From: an uncultured Gammaproteobacteria bacterium
Lineage (GTDB): Bacteria; Patescibacteriota; Microgenomatia; UBA8517
Reading direction: 5' to 3'
DNA: 64,000 nt
Assembly (NCBI GenBank): GCA_964429215.1
Contig: CAYSAY010000001.1
Location: 182,127-246,126, forward strand
Below the pieces are notes generated by a model. That model was not told where the DNA came from, did not search any database, and worked only from the letters and a program-made list of their open reading frames with translations. This document shows positions 8,516 through 17,613 of the stretch, piece after piece (position 1 is the first letter of the stretch; each line of letters begins with the position of its first letter). The position numbers were made by a program, and so were the translations under genes.

Positions 8516-9424
8516 ATGGATAAACTGCTACACCTATTAATTCCTCGTGAGAGTAATAATCACAAGGCTAAAATATTACATCCTAATAGTTTGTTGATTG
8601 TCACTATGTTGTTTTTGTTTTTTCAGGTATTTGTTAGCAATTTACCTAAGTTAAAGCCTGACATTTTAGGATATGCTGCAAATATAGCGCCAGATGAAGT
8701 TGTAAGGTTAACTAATCAAAAGAGACAAGAAGCAGGCTTATCTTTATTAACTTATAATTCTGATTTAGCCGGTGCTGCTTATACCAAAGGTGTTGATATG
8801 ATTACAAAAGATTATTGGGCACATGTGGCTCCTGATGGAACTCAACCTTGGAAGTTTTTTAATGATTTCGGATATAAATATAAATATGCAGGCGAAAATT
8901 TAGCAAGAGACTTTACAAATCCTAGTTCTGCAGTTGATGCATGGATGAACTCGCCTACTCACAGGGAAAATATTTTAAATCCTAAATATAAAGAAATTGG
9001 TATTGGTGTAGTTGAAGGAGATTTGGCAGGAACTGACACTACAATTATTGTTCAATTTTTTGGATCTACATATTCAGATAAAGTAGTACTACCAGTAGCA
9101 CAGGCAGCACAAACAGAGAAAAAAGTGATTGCCACCGAAGCTCCAAAAATAGTTGCTACACCACTTGCTGTTGAAGTAAGAGCGCCTGAGGTTAACACCA
9201 TTGTAACTACGGAGTCACAACAGGTTTTGATTTCGCCATTTAGTACTACTAAAAATGTGTCATTAATTGTGGTTGGAATATTACTTTTGATATTTGTTAT
9301 TGATGCAGTCCTTGTGTCTAAGAGAAGGATTACAAGGGTTGCAGGACGAACATTTTCACATGTTGCCTTTTTAGGTATGATTGTTGTAATTGTATTAATA
9401 TTAAAGTCGGGAGAAATATTATGA
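8516..9424 (+). CDS. CAP/SCP (PR-1-like) domain protein with N- and C-terminal TM segments
   Basis: DYWAHVAPDG...GENLA...HRENILNPKYKEIGIGV is typical of the CAP superfamily. Hydrophobic segments at both ends. Confidence 0.65.
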   Translation: MDKLLHLLIPRESNNHKAKILHPNSLLIVTMLFLFFQVFVSNLPKLKPDILGYAANIAPDEVVRLTNQKRQEAGLSLLTYNSDLAGAAYTKGVDMITKDYWAHVAPDGTQPWKFFNDFGYKYKYAGENLARDFTNPSSAVDAWMNSPTHRENILNPKYKEIGIGVVEGDLAGTDTTIIVQFFGSTYSDKVVLPVAQAAQTEKKVIATEAPKIVATPLAVEVRAPEVNTIVTTESQQVLISPFSTTKNVSLIVVGILLLIFVIDAVLVSKRRITRVAGRTFSHVAFLGMIVVIVLILKSGEIL

Positions 9425-9437
9425 TGAATGGAACAAT

Positions 9438-9701
9438 ATGATGGAAAGTATGTCTAAACATTTACCACATTACATAAGCTTAATTGGTATTTTTATTGCG
9501 GGTATTATTGGTTTTTATTATTTTCCATATGATAAATCATTCCAAACAGGTCTAGTTGTTGCCTTAGCAGCTTCATATATTTCATGGGGAGTTATTCATC
9601 ACTCCGTCCATAAAGATATCTGTTTACCTGTAATTTTTGAATACGTAGCTGTTTCTGTCCTCGGATTAGTAATTGCTTTATCGTTGATTTATAGGACGTA
9701 A
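9438..9701 (+). CDS. Small integral membrane protein
   Basis: 87 aa, with two or three predicted TM helices. Confidence 0.4.
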   Translation: MMESMSKHLPHYISLIGIFIAGIIGFYYFPYDKSFQTGLVVALAASYISWGVIHHSVHKDICLPVIFEYVAVSVLGLVIALSLIYRT

Positions 9702-9731
9702 CTACTGTACAATATCAGGGCTATTTAGATT

Positions 9732-10610
9732 ATGAAAAAGATAACAAAAGCAGTCATCCCAGCAGCTGGATTTGGAACTAGATTTCTGCCTCAAACCAAG
9801 GCTATGCCTAAGGAGATGCTCCCCATTGTAGATAAGCCTGTAATTCAATATGTTGTTGAGGAAGCAGTTCAAAGTGGTATTAAAGACGTTGTAATTGTTA
9901 CGGGATCATCTAAAAGGGCAATTGAGGATCATTTTGATATGCCTAATGCAGATCTTGTTAATAATTTGATTCAAGGAGGGAAAGAGAAACTTCTTGAGGA
10001 AGTTAGAAAAATAGCAGAGATGGCCAATTTCATTTATGTCAGGCAAAAAGGTATGTACGGAAATGGAACGCCAGTACTTTCAGCAGAGTCTGTAATTGGA
10101 AATGAAAGTTTTGCAGTTCTTTGGGGGGATGAATTTATAAGTTCGGATCCACCAAGACTTGCTCAAATGATGAAAGTTTATGAAAAGTATGGTGGAGTAG
10201 TTATCTCTGGAGTCAGAATTGAATCAAAAGATAGACTTTCTAAATATGGAATTGCTGATTTGGAACCAGTTGAGGACAAAGTATTTAAAATTAAAGAGAT
10301 TATTGAGAAGCCACTTCCAGAAGAGGCACCCTCCAATATGGCTACACATGGAGCATATATATTGCCTCCTGAAATATTCCCTGCACTTCGTGGACTTAAG
10401 CCTACTAAAGGTGGAGAAATTTGGCTTGTTGATGCTATTAATGTTTTACGTGAGCAAGGAGTGCCTGTATATTGTTGCGAGATTGAAAACGGAGTGTATT
10501 ATGATACTGGTAACAAACTTGAGTATATTAAAACAGTAATTGAATTTGCTTTAAAGCATAAAGATTTGAACGGAGAGTTTAGAGAGTACCTCAAAAGCCT
10601 TTCATTATAA
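9732..10610 (+). CDS. galU: UTP-glucose-1-phosphate uridylyltransferase
   Basis: N-terminus KAVIPAAGFGTRFLPQTKAMPKEMLPIVDKPVIQY is a canonical GalU signature. Confidence 0.85.
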   Translation: MKKITKAVIPAAGFGTRFLPQTKAMPKEMLPIVDKPVIQYVVEEAVQSGIKDVVIVTGSSKRAIEDHFDMPNADLVNNLIQGGKEKLLEEVRKIAEMANFIYVRQKGMYGNGTPVLSAESVIGNESFAVLWGDEFISSDPPRLAQMMKVYEKYGGVVISGVRIESKDRLSKYGIADLEPVEDKVFKIKEIIEKPLPEEAPSNMATHGAYILPPEIFPALRGLKPTKGGEIWLVDAINVLREQGVPVYCCEIENGVYYDTGNKLEYIKTVIEFALKHKDLNGEFREYLKSLSL

Positions 10611-11812
10611 TGACTAGCGCAGAAAAAAGAATATTTGGCTTGAATTTAAACAAAAGGCTCATGTTTGGTACAAGGTTTTTTATTGAACTTAAATCAATTT
10701 TTGCTGTAGTACAGCTTTTTTACCTTACTCGTGGTTTAAATCCTTCAGAAATAATTTATTTAAGTTTAGTTTGGAGTGTCACAACATTATTTAGTGATTT
10801 GCCATCTAGTATTATTGCAGATCGATTTGGGAGAAAGAAGACTATTATTTTAGGCATATTTTTAACCGCAATTTCGACATTATCTTTATTTTTTGCGGAA
10901 GGGTTTTGGCAAGTTGTACCTGTGCATATTTTAGGTGCTATGGGTATTTCATTTTTTTCTGGCGCCGATCAGGCACTTTTGTATGATTCAGTGAAAGAAT
11001 TGGGCCAAGAAAAGTCAATGAATAGGATTTCTGGAAAATACTTTGCAGCAGCGAGTTTACCTAAAATTGTTGTACCTCTTTTAGGTAGTTACATTGCAAG
11101 AAATTTATTACCTACCCAATTTTTAATTTTAATAGGTATAGATTTTGTAGGTATGATAATAGCTTTAATTATCTCTACATTTCTAACAGAACCGATAATT
11201 AAAAATAAATTAAAAAATAGTTATGAATATTTAGCTGATGGAATAAAATTGATATCTCAAGATAAAACATTGTTGAAACTTGCTTTAAATAAAATTATGG
11301 TTTTGCAAGCGGCCTTTGTCTATTGGAGAATTTATCAAATACTTCTTCAAAATGCTCAAATGCCAATAATTTACTTAGGAGTTGTTTACACTATTTTCCA
11401 GGGTATAATGTTTGTAACACATTGGAATACTGAAAAAGTACAAAAGTTTTTTGGTCTTGTGAATTATGCGTTATTACCTCAAATATTAGGATTTATTGGA
11501 ATTGCATTTTCTCTACTTAGCACTAATCTTGTAGTAATATTTATTTCGTGTGTTGCGGTAATATTAGTAGGAACTTTTAGAGATCCATTTTTTATGACTC
11601 AAATGCAGGCTAGAATTCCTTCAGCTAATCGTGCAACTGCAACTTCAGCATTAAATACTATTAAAAATAGTAGTGATATACCAATACTTTTATTAATTGG
11701 TTATCTTACAAGTATTAATATTGATTATGTTTTAATCGTTTCAGGCGTAATGTTTTTAGCCTCAATAATATTTTTAAGAATTAAAAAAGAAGATCTTACG
11801 TTGCAACTATGA
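10610..11812 (+). CDS. MFS-type transporter
   Basis: About 12 TM helices; DRFGRKK motif in loop 2-3, typical of the major facilitator superfamily. Confidence 0.65.
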   Translation: MTSAEKRIFGLNLNKRLMFGTRFFIELKSIFAVVQLFYLTRGLNPSEIIYLSLVWSVTTLFSDLPSSIIADRFGRKKTIILGIFLTAISTLSLFFAEGFWQVVPVHILGAMGISFFSGADQALLYDSVKELGQEKSMNRISGKYFAAASLPKIVVPLLGSYIARNLLPTQFLILIGIDFVGMIIALIISTFLTEPIIKNKLKNSYEYLADGIKLISQDKTLLKLALNKIMVLQAAFVYWRIYQILLQNAQMPIIYLGVVYTIFQGIMFVTHWNTEKVQKFFGLVNYALLPQILGFIGIAFSLLSTNLVVIFISCVAVILVGTFRDPFFMTQMQARIPSANRATATSALNTIKNSSDIPILLLIGYLTSINIDYVLIVSGVMFLASIIFLRIKKEDLTLQL

Positions 11813-11837
11813 TATATAATGACTAATTATAACTGTT

Positions 11838-12650
11838 ATGAATAATGATATAAAAAAAACAAAAAATATTGAGGAAGTGAAATTATTACTTAGTCATAAA
11901 CGGCTTAATATGTTTGAAGCGTTATCTAATAAAAATTGGTTTAATCAAACTGATTTTGAAGTTGTTAAAAAGATTTTTTCATTGCCTGATGATTTTGATG
12001 GATACCTTAATGATTTAACAACAAGAAAGGATGAATATGGAGGATTAATTGTAAATAAACTGCATGATTTATTGCCTGGAAATTATTCTGTTTTATCTGT
12101 ATTTGAAGTTGTTTCTATTCAGACAGCTCAGCCATTTACTCATGAATACATGACTTGGAAATTTGGTCGTGATCAGGGATATAGAGGATTGATATTATTC
12201 GAAGAAGAAGGAGAAGTAAAATTCTTTATGTTAAGAAAAGCAGAAAAATTTGCAATTGGAGAGAGTGTTTATGAAACAATTGGAACTTTTATTAAAGAAA
12301 AACATATTAGTGAATCGTCGATACCTGATGAAGTTCAACACCAAATAGATAAAGAGTTGGGTATGAAAGATGTAAAAGTTAACAAATTTATACCACTTGG
12401 GAAAATTGCAGTTGATCCTGTCATGGCTAATTCAACACCTTCACTTTATGCTGTTACGATTGATTTGCCAGGGGATAATGATTTAGAGGAAATTAGAAAA
12501 AAAGTATATAAAACAAAACCAATTTCATTCAATTTAATTATTGAGCCTATTGAAAAAATCTGGGAATATGTAAATAAAACTGATGAGTCTTTTTTCTTGG
12601 CTGTTGTTTCAAGACTTACTTCTATGGGAATAATTAAACCCCAGGCTTGA
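11838..12650 (+). CDS. Hypothetical protein
   Basis: Long ORF with native AT-rich codon usage; no family recognised. Confidence 0.45.
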   Translation: MNNDIKKTKNIEEVKLLLSHKRLNMFEALSNKNWFNQTDFEVVKKIFSLPDDFDGYLNDLTTRKDEYGGLIVNKLHDLLPGNYSVLSVFEVVSIQTAQPFTHEYMTWKFGRDQGYRGLILFEEEGEVKFFMLRKAEKFAIGESVYETIGTFIKEKHISESSIPDEVQHQIDKELGMKDVKVNKFIPLGKIAVDPVMANSTPSLYAVTIDLPGDNDLEEIRKKVYKTKPISFNLIIEPIEKIWEYVNKTDESFFLAVVSRLTSMGIIKPQA

Positions 12651-12829
12651 CAAATACGGATTTATACCCTATAATAACGACTCAAGACTTAAAAAGTTAT
12701 ACTTTAAAAAATAAATTCCTCAGATAGCACCCTTATAACGGTTTTAACCGTTGAATCTCAAGAAATTAAGAGGTGCCCAAACAAATCGTGTTTTTTCAAA
12801 ATTCATATAGACCTAAAAGGAGATTTACC

Positions 12830-13609
12830 ATGTCTGATTTAAATGCTTTACTACCGATTGAAGCTGCCGATCTCGGTACGCTGTTGTCGACCCGTCCTGA
12901 CTCAACACCTCAGCGCGTTAAGTTCTGGATAGATGATGTTCCGTTCGAAACACCTGTTCACAGCTTTGTGATGCGGCTCGTTGTGCCCGGTCGTGCGGAT
13001 GTTCAGATTACCTATGGTTACAATCCTACGATCGGTGCCACCGGGAATGATGACATCACGCGTCGTGAACTGGGTGGAGTAATCTCTGCTTATTTCACAA
13101 TGATGGACGGACAGCTTTGGGTTGGAATGCTTAACCAGAAGCGCCCGTGTCAGGATTTGGTAGAATCGGTTCTCAACGTTATTCGCGCGTACTACAGCCC
13201 TGAAAAGTCCCGCTTATCGGTGGCTACTGAACGTGCGAAAGAACGCGCTGGCGTCCCCACCACTTTGCTGGCGATTCCACTTCCATGCGCTATTGGAAAT
13301 GCCAACAATGCAAATGTCGAAACGTGGGATGATCATGGAAATACCCAGTTCGCCTTTTATGTTCCGCCTGAAATGCTGATCTTGGCACCGAATGGCGCGT
13401 ACATATTTGACGATACTGTTGTGACCGCTTTTGACCCTGATGCTGGCAAAATCCTCGGATTGGAATTCCATCCTTGGAAAGTTGCGGCGCGCGTCGGCGA
13501 TGATTTCACTCGGGCAATTGTTTCACCCTTATTGGCTTGGTTGGATGATGTCCAGCAGATCGCCGTTATGGTGAACAATGAATTTGATCCGAGTGTGATG
13601 ACCAAGTAA
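12830..13609 (+). CDS. Hypothetical protein on a compositionally foreign island (much higher GC, Proteobacteria-like codon preferences)
   Basis: ATG at 12830 is preceded by AAAGGAG. Codons are CTG/CGT/CCG-rich, unlike every other gene in the window. Antisense frames stay open, as expected for GC-rich coding sequence. No recognisable family. Confidence 0.55.
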   Translation: MSDLNALLPIEAADLGTLLSTRPDSTPQRVKFWIDDVPFETPVHSFVMRLVVPGRADVQITYGYNPTIGATGNDDITRRELGGVISAYFTMMDGQLWVGMLNQKRPCQDLVESVLNVIRAYYSPEKSRLSVATERAKERAGVPTTLLAIPLPCAIGNANNANVETWDDHGNTQFAFYVPPEMLILAPNGAYIFDDTVVTAFDPDAGKILGLEFHPWKVAARVGDDFTRAIVSPLLAWLDDVQQIAVMVNNEFDPSVMTK

Positions 13610-13637
13610 TGTAAGTTTTGTTTGGGCCTCTCTAATG

Positions 13638-13704
13638 TTCCTCACCACCCCCAAAAAGTTTAATAGCGACTGCGCTGTTGAGCCAAAGGTGGTGAGGAAT
13701 TTTT
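13638..13704 (+). terminator. Hairpin terminator downstream of the foreign gene
   Basis: Perfect 12-bp inverted repeat TTCCTCACCACC...GGTGGTGAGGAA followed by TTTTT; the loop is about 38 nt. Confidence 0.5.
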
Positions 13705-13860
13705 AGAAAGTTTGCCTGTGCGGTATAGAATAAAATTTTTGAATTAAAAACTCAAAAAACAATAAATCTATACGCACGGCAAGAACAAATTCGATTGTTA
13801 ATCTCCATTAAAATACTTCTATACTTGCATTAAATATATCTATCTAGTAACATTTCCATT

Positions 13861-14634
13861 ATGCAGACAATTATCCTTTGTGGAGGCACAGGAACCAGAA
13901 TGAAAGAAGAAACTGAGTTCCGTCCAAAACCTATGGTTGAAGTTGGTGGACAGCCAATTTTGTGGCACATTATGCAGACTTATATGCATTATGGGTATAA
14001 AGATTTTATTATAGCCTTAGGTTATAAAGGTGATATGATTCGTGAGTTTTTCCTCAATTGGAGAACAAATGCAAACGATTTCACTATTGATATGAAATCT
14101 GGTGAAAAAGTTGTATTAACAGATAGACAAAAAGACTTTAAGGTTACTTTAGTGGATACTGGCCTTGAATCGTTAACCGGTGCTCGAATTAGAAGATGTG
14201 CACCTTATATTAAGGGTGAGGAATTCATGTTAACTTATGGAGATGGAGTGTCTGATATAAATATCACTGAGGTCGTAGATTTTCATCATAAACAAAAAAC
14301 ATTAGCTACACTTTCCGGAGTTCATCCAAAGTCAAGATATGGTCTTGTGGAGCTTGATAAAGAGTCTGGAATTGTTACTAAATTTAGTCAACAACCAGTA
14401 TTACATGAATATATTAGTGGAGGGTTTATGGTTTTTGATAAAAAGGCAATTGAATTTTTTACTGACGATGAAATGGAAGTAGGACTAACTCATATGGCAG
14501 AAGATAAACAAGTTTCTATGTATACTCATGAAGGATTTTGGAAAGCAGTTGATACTTATAAGGAACTAGAACAATTAAATGATCTTTGGAATGATGGCAG
14601 ACCTTGGGCAGTTTGGGAGAAAAAACAAAAATGA
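13861..14634 (+). CDS. rfbF: Glucose-1-phosphate cytidylyltransferase
   Basis: MQTIILCGGTGTRMKEETEFRPKPMVEVGGQPILWHIM matches the RfbF/DdhA N-terminus. Confidence 0.85.
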   Translation: MQTIILCGGTGTRMKEETEFRPKPMVEVGGQPILWHIMQTYMHYGYKDFIIALGYKGDMIREFFLNWRTNANDFTIDMKSGEKVVLTDRQKDFKVTLVDTGLESLTGARIRRCAPYIKGEEFMLTYGDGVSDINITEVVDFHHKQKTLATLSGVHPKSRYGLVELDKESGIVTKFSQQPVLHEYISGGFMVFDKKAIEFFTDDEMEVGLTHMAEDKQVSMYTHEGFWKAVDTYKELEQLNDLWNDGRPWAVWEKKQK

Positions 14635-15695
14635 GTGACCTAGAAAAATTCTTCAAAGGTAAAAAAGTATTGATAACGGGGCATACTGGTTTTAAAGGTG
14701 CATGGCTTACTAAAATACTTTTGATGTGGGGTGCAAAAGTTTCTGCAATTTCACTTGATCCACATACAACCCCAAATCTTTTTGAGGTTTTAGAGCTTGA
14801 AAAAGATATTAACCATCATTTGGTTGATGTAACTGATTATGAAAAAGTAAAAGAAGTTTTTGATAAAGAAAATCCAGAAATAGTATTTCATTTAGCTGCT
14901 CAGGCTATTGTAAAAGTTAGTTATGATGACCCGCTTCGTACGTATCATGTAAATACAATGGGTAGTGCTAATGTGCTTCAAGCTATTAATACCACGAAAT
15001 CTGTAAAATCTGCAGTTATGATTACATCTGATAAAGCTTATGAAAATCGTGAGTGGGTTTATCCTTATAGAGAAACAGATAGACTTGGTGGAATTGATCC
15101 ATATAGTGCCAGTAAGGCTGCAGCTGACATAATAGACCAATCTTTTATCGCATGTTTTATGAATAAGGAAGATAGCGCACTTGTTGCAATCGCTCGTGCT
15201 GGTAATGTGGTTGGAGGAGGAGATTGGTCTCCAAATAGACTTATCCCTGATGTAGTACGTGCAATTTATGAAGATAATAAACCTGTAGTTACAAGAAACC
15301 CACAGGCGATTCGTCCATGGCAGTTTGTTTTGGAACCATTGTCTGGATATTTATTGTTAGCTAAGTTGTTATTTGAAGGAAATAAAGCGTTTGTGAGTCA
15401 ATGGAATTTTGGACCAAATGATGAAAATTTTATTCCAGTAATTGAACTTATTAAAAGAGGAATTACAATTCTTGATAAAGGGAATTACGAAGTTGACGAG
15501 AATAGTAATTTTCACGAATCAAGATTTTTAAAGTTAGATATATCAAAAGCAAAAACAGATTTAAATTGGCATCCAAAGCTTGGAATTAAAGAAACCCTTG
15601 AGTTTGCATATAATTGGTACAAAAATTATTATGAGAAAATAGAGTCCCCTGTTAAATATACTGAGGAGCAAATAAAGGATTATTTTAGTCGTTAA
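14631..15695 (+). CDS. rfbG: CDP-glucose 4,6-dehydratase
   Basis: KKVLITGHTGFKGAWL Rossmann motif and the overall RfbG layout. ATGA overlap with rfbF. Confidence 0.8.
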   Translation: MSDLEKFFKGKKVLITGHTGFKGAWLTKILLMWGAKVSAISLDPHTTPNLFEVLELEKDINHHLVDVTDYEKVKEVFDKENPEIVFHLAAQAIVKVSYDDPLRTYHVNTMGSANVLQAINTTKSVKSAVMITSDKAYENREWVYPYRETDRLGGIDPYSASKAAADIIDQSFIACFMNKEDSALVAIARAGNVVGGGDWSPNRLIPDVVRAIYEDNKPVVTRNPQAIRPWQFVLEPLSGYLLLAKLLFEGNKAFVSQWNFGPNDENFIPVIELIKRGITILDKGNYEVDENSNFHESRFLKLDISKAKTDLNWHPKLGIKETLEFAYNWYKNYYEKIESPVKYTEEQIKDYFSR

Positions 15696-15698
15696 ATT

Positions 15699-16229
15699 AT
15701 GATTTTTACACCGACCGAAATTGATGGAGCGTTTTTAGTTGAACTTCAACCAAGAATTGATGACAGAGGTTATTTTACACGTAGTTTTGCCCAAGAAGAA
15801 TTTGATAGTGCAAAAGTTAATTTTAAAATGGTTCAGACAAATCAGGCTTTTACTAAAGCCAAGGGGGTACTTCGAGGGATGCATTGGCAAACAGAACCAA
15901 AATTGGAAGCTAAATTTTTTCAATGTTTACAGGGTGAAATATTTGATGTAATTTGCGATGTGCGAGTGAGCTCACCTACTTATGGAAAGTGGGCAGGATT
16001 TAATCTTAAATCTGACGAGTTTAAATTATTGTTCATCCCAGGGGGATTAGCCCACGGATATGAAACTTTGACTAAAAATTGTAAAGTTCAATATATGGTT
16101 GGAGAGTTTTATTCTCCTGAATTTGAAAAAGGTTTTAGGTGGAACGATCCTACATTTAATATAAAATGGCCAATTGAGCCAACATTTATGTCAGATAAAG
16201 ACAAGGCATTACCAGATTATCAAAAATGA
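15699..16229 (+). CDS. NDP-4-keto-6-deoxyhexose 3,5-epimerase (RmlC-like cupin)
   Basis: TEIDGAFLVELQPRIDDRGYFTRSF...GVLRGMHWQ is an RmlC-family signature. Confidence 0.75.
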   Translation: MIFTPTEIDGAFLVELQPRIDDRGYFTRSFAQEEFDSAKVNFKMVQTNQAFTKAKGVLRGMHWQTEPKLEAKFFQCLQGEIFDVICDVRVSSPTYGKWAGFNLKSDEFKLLFIPGGLAHGYETLTKNCKVQYMVGEFYSPEFEKGFRWNDPTFNIKWPIEPTFMSDKDKALPDYQK

Positions 16230-17068
16230 AAATACTTATATTAGGTTCTCAAGGCACACTCGGACAAGTATTGCTATCTGAATTTAATAACAACGGAAAT
16301 GAAACTGTTGGGTGGGATAGAGAAGACGTGGATATCACGACAGTTGAAGTAGAGTCCAAAATAATAGAATTAAAGCCAGATGTTATTTTAAATGCAACTG
16401 CTTATAATGCAGTTGACCCAATGCAGATTGATGAGGAAGCCAGAAAAGTTGGTTTTTTGATGAATGCTGAAGTTCCTGGTAAGTTAGCTAAAATTGCAAA
16501 GGAAATTGATGCGACTTTTGTTCATTATTCAACTGATTACGTCTTTGATGGAAAAAAAGAAGAAGGTTACAACGAAGAAGATACTCCAAATCCTATTTCT
16601 GTTTATGGTGAATCTAAATATGAAGGTGAAAAAAATGTCCAAAAGTTTGGAGAAAAGTACTATATTATTAGGCTTTGCAGATTGTTTGGGGAAAAAGGAA
16701 TTAGTGCTGCTAGTAAACGAAGTTTTGTAGAAATAATGCGAGGAGAAATTGAAAAAGAAGAATTAATGGTAAAAGATGAGGAAATCGCTTGTCCTACTTA
16801 TGCACCTGACGCGGCTAAATTTACAAAAGAACTTATAGAATCTAACTCACCTTGGGGAATTTATCATGGAACAAATTCTGGAAGTTGTACTTGGTATGGT
16901 TGGGCTGAAGAAATCTTTAAAAATTTAGGTAAAAGTCCTAAAATGATAAAAGGTTGTGCAAAAGATTATCATAATCCTGCACCTCATCCTCAATATTCAG
17001 TATTATTAAATACAAAAAGGCCTCTTCAAAGAAGTTGGCAGGAAGCTCTTTCTGAATTTTTAAATTAA
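16226..17068 (+). CDS. NDP-4-keto-6-deoxyhexose reductase (RmlD-like, NAD(P)-binding)
   Basis: MKILILGSQGTLGQ glycine-rich motif; YxxxK-containing SDR-like fold; position immediately after the epimerase. Confidence 0.65.
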   Translation: MKILILGSQGTLGQVLLSEFNNNGNETVGWDREDVDITTVEVESKIIELKPDVILNATAYNAVDPMQIDEEARKVGFLMNAEVPGKLAKIAKEIDATFVHYSTDYVFDGKKEEGYNEEDTPNPISVYGESKYEGEKNVQKFGEKYYIIRLCRLFGEKGISAASKRSFVEIMRGEIEKEELMVKDEEIACPTYAPDAAKFTKELIESNSPWGIYHGTNSGSCTWYGWAEEIFKNLGKSPKMIKGCAKDYHNPAPHPQYSVLLNTKRPLQRSWQEALSEFLN

Positions 17069-17070
17069 TT

Positions 17071-17613
17071 ATGGCTACTTTGATTACTGACGGTTTTGAT
17101 GAAGGCGATGATTTAAAAGTAGTTTCTATTCTAAATAAGTGGAAGGGTGGAATTTTATCTGATCAACTTTTTACTTCAATTTCTAAAATGACTCCTCAGC
17201 TTGCTTGTATAATTGTTGTTTTTCGTAAAAAAGGGGAACTATTAGAAACACTACTATTGCCAAGACCAGAAGGAGATCCTGTTTGGTCAGGAATGCTAAA
17301 TCTTCCCGGTAAAATGTTTAGAGCAATGGATTTTAAGAGGGAGGACAAAAATCCGGTAAATGGTCCACTTGAACGAATTCAAAAAGGTGAATTAAAAGTT
17401 GAATTGAATAAACTTGACATAAAATTTGCCGGTCTTGCTTTTCAGGATACAATTCGGGGTCCAATAATGGTTTTGGTGCATACATATTTTGTAGCAAATG
17501 ATTTTAAAGGAAATGAAGATTGGACATGGAGAGAAGTATCCCAACTTAAAGATTCAAAAGATATGATTCCAACAGAGATGGATGCAATTGAAGTCGCATT
17601 AAAATCTATTTAG
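17071..17613 (+). CDS. Hypothetical protein
   Basis: ORF with native codon usage; family unknown. Confidence 0.4.
   Translation: MATLITDGFDEGDDLKVVSILNKWKGGILSDQLFTSISKMTPQLACIIVVFRKKGELLETLLLPRPEGDPVWSGMLNLPGKMFRAMDFKREDKNPVNGPLERIQKGELKVELNKLDIKFAGLAFQDTIRGPIMVLVHTYFVANDFKGNEDWTWREVSQLKDSKDMIPTEMDAIEVALKSI

Noticed and set aside
10219-10539. Internal +strand ORF inside galU in another frame
   Set aside because: Fully nested in a canonical galU reading frame; no independent support.
13214-13605. Two antisense ORFs within the GC-rich foreign gene
   Set aside because: High-GC coding sequence keeps antisense frames open by chance; the sense frame has the Shine-Dalgarno sequence, the terminator and a coherent globular composition.
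13610-13860. A 250-nt intergenic region was checked for a tRNA or other small RNA that could have served as an integration site for the foreign gene
   Set aside because: No cloverleaf-compatible sequence (no T-loop GTTCRANYC-like element, no acceptor-stem complementarity) is visible; only the terminator hairpin and an imperfect inverted repeat.
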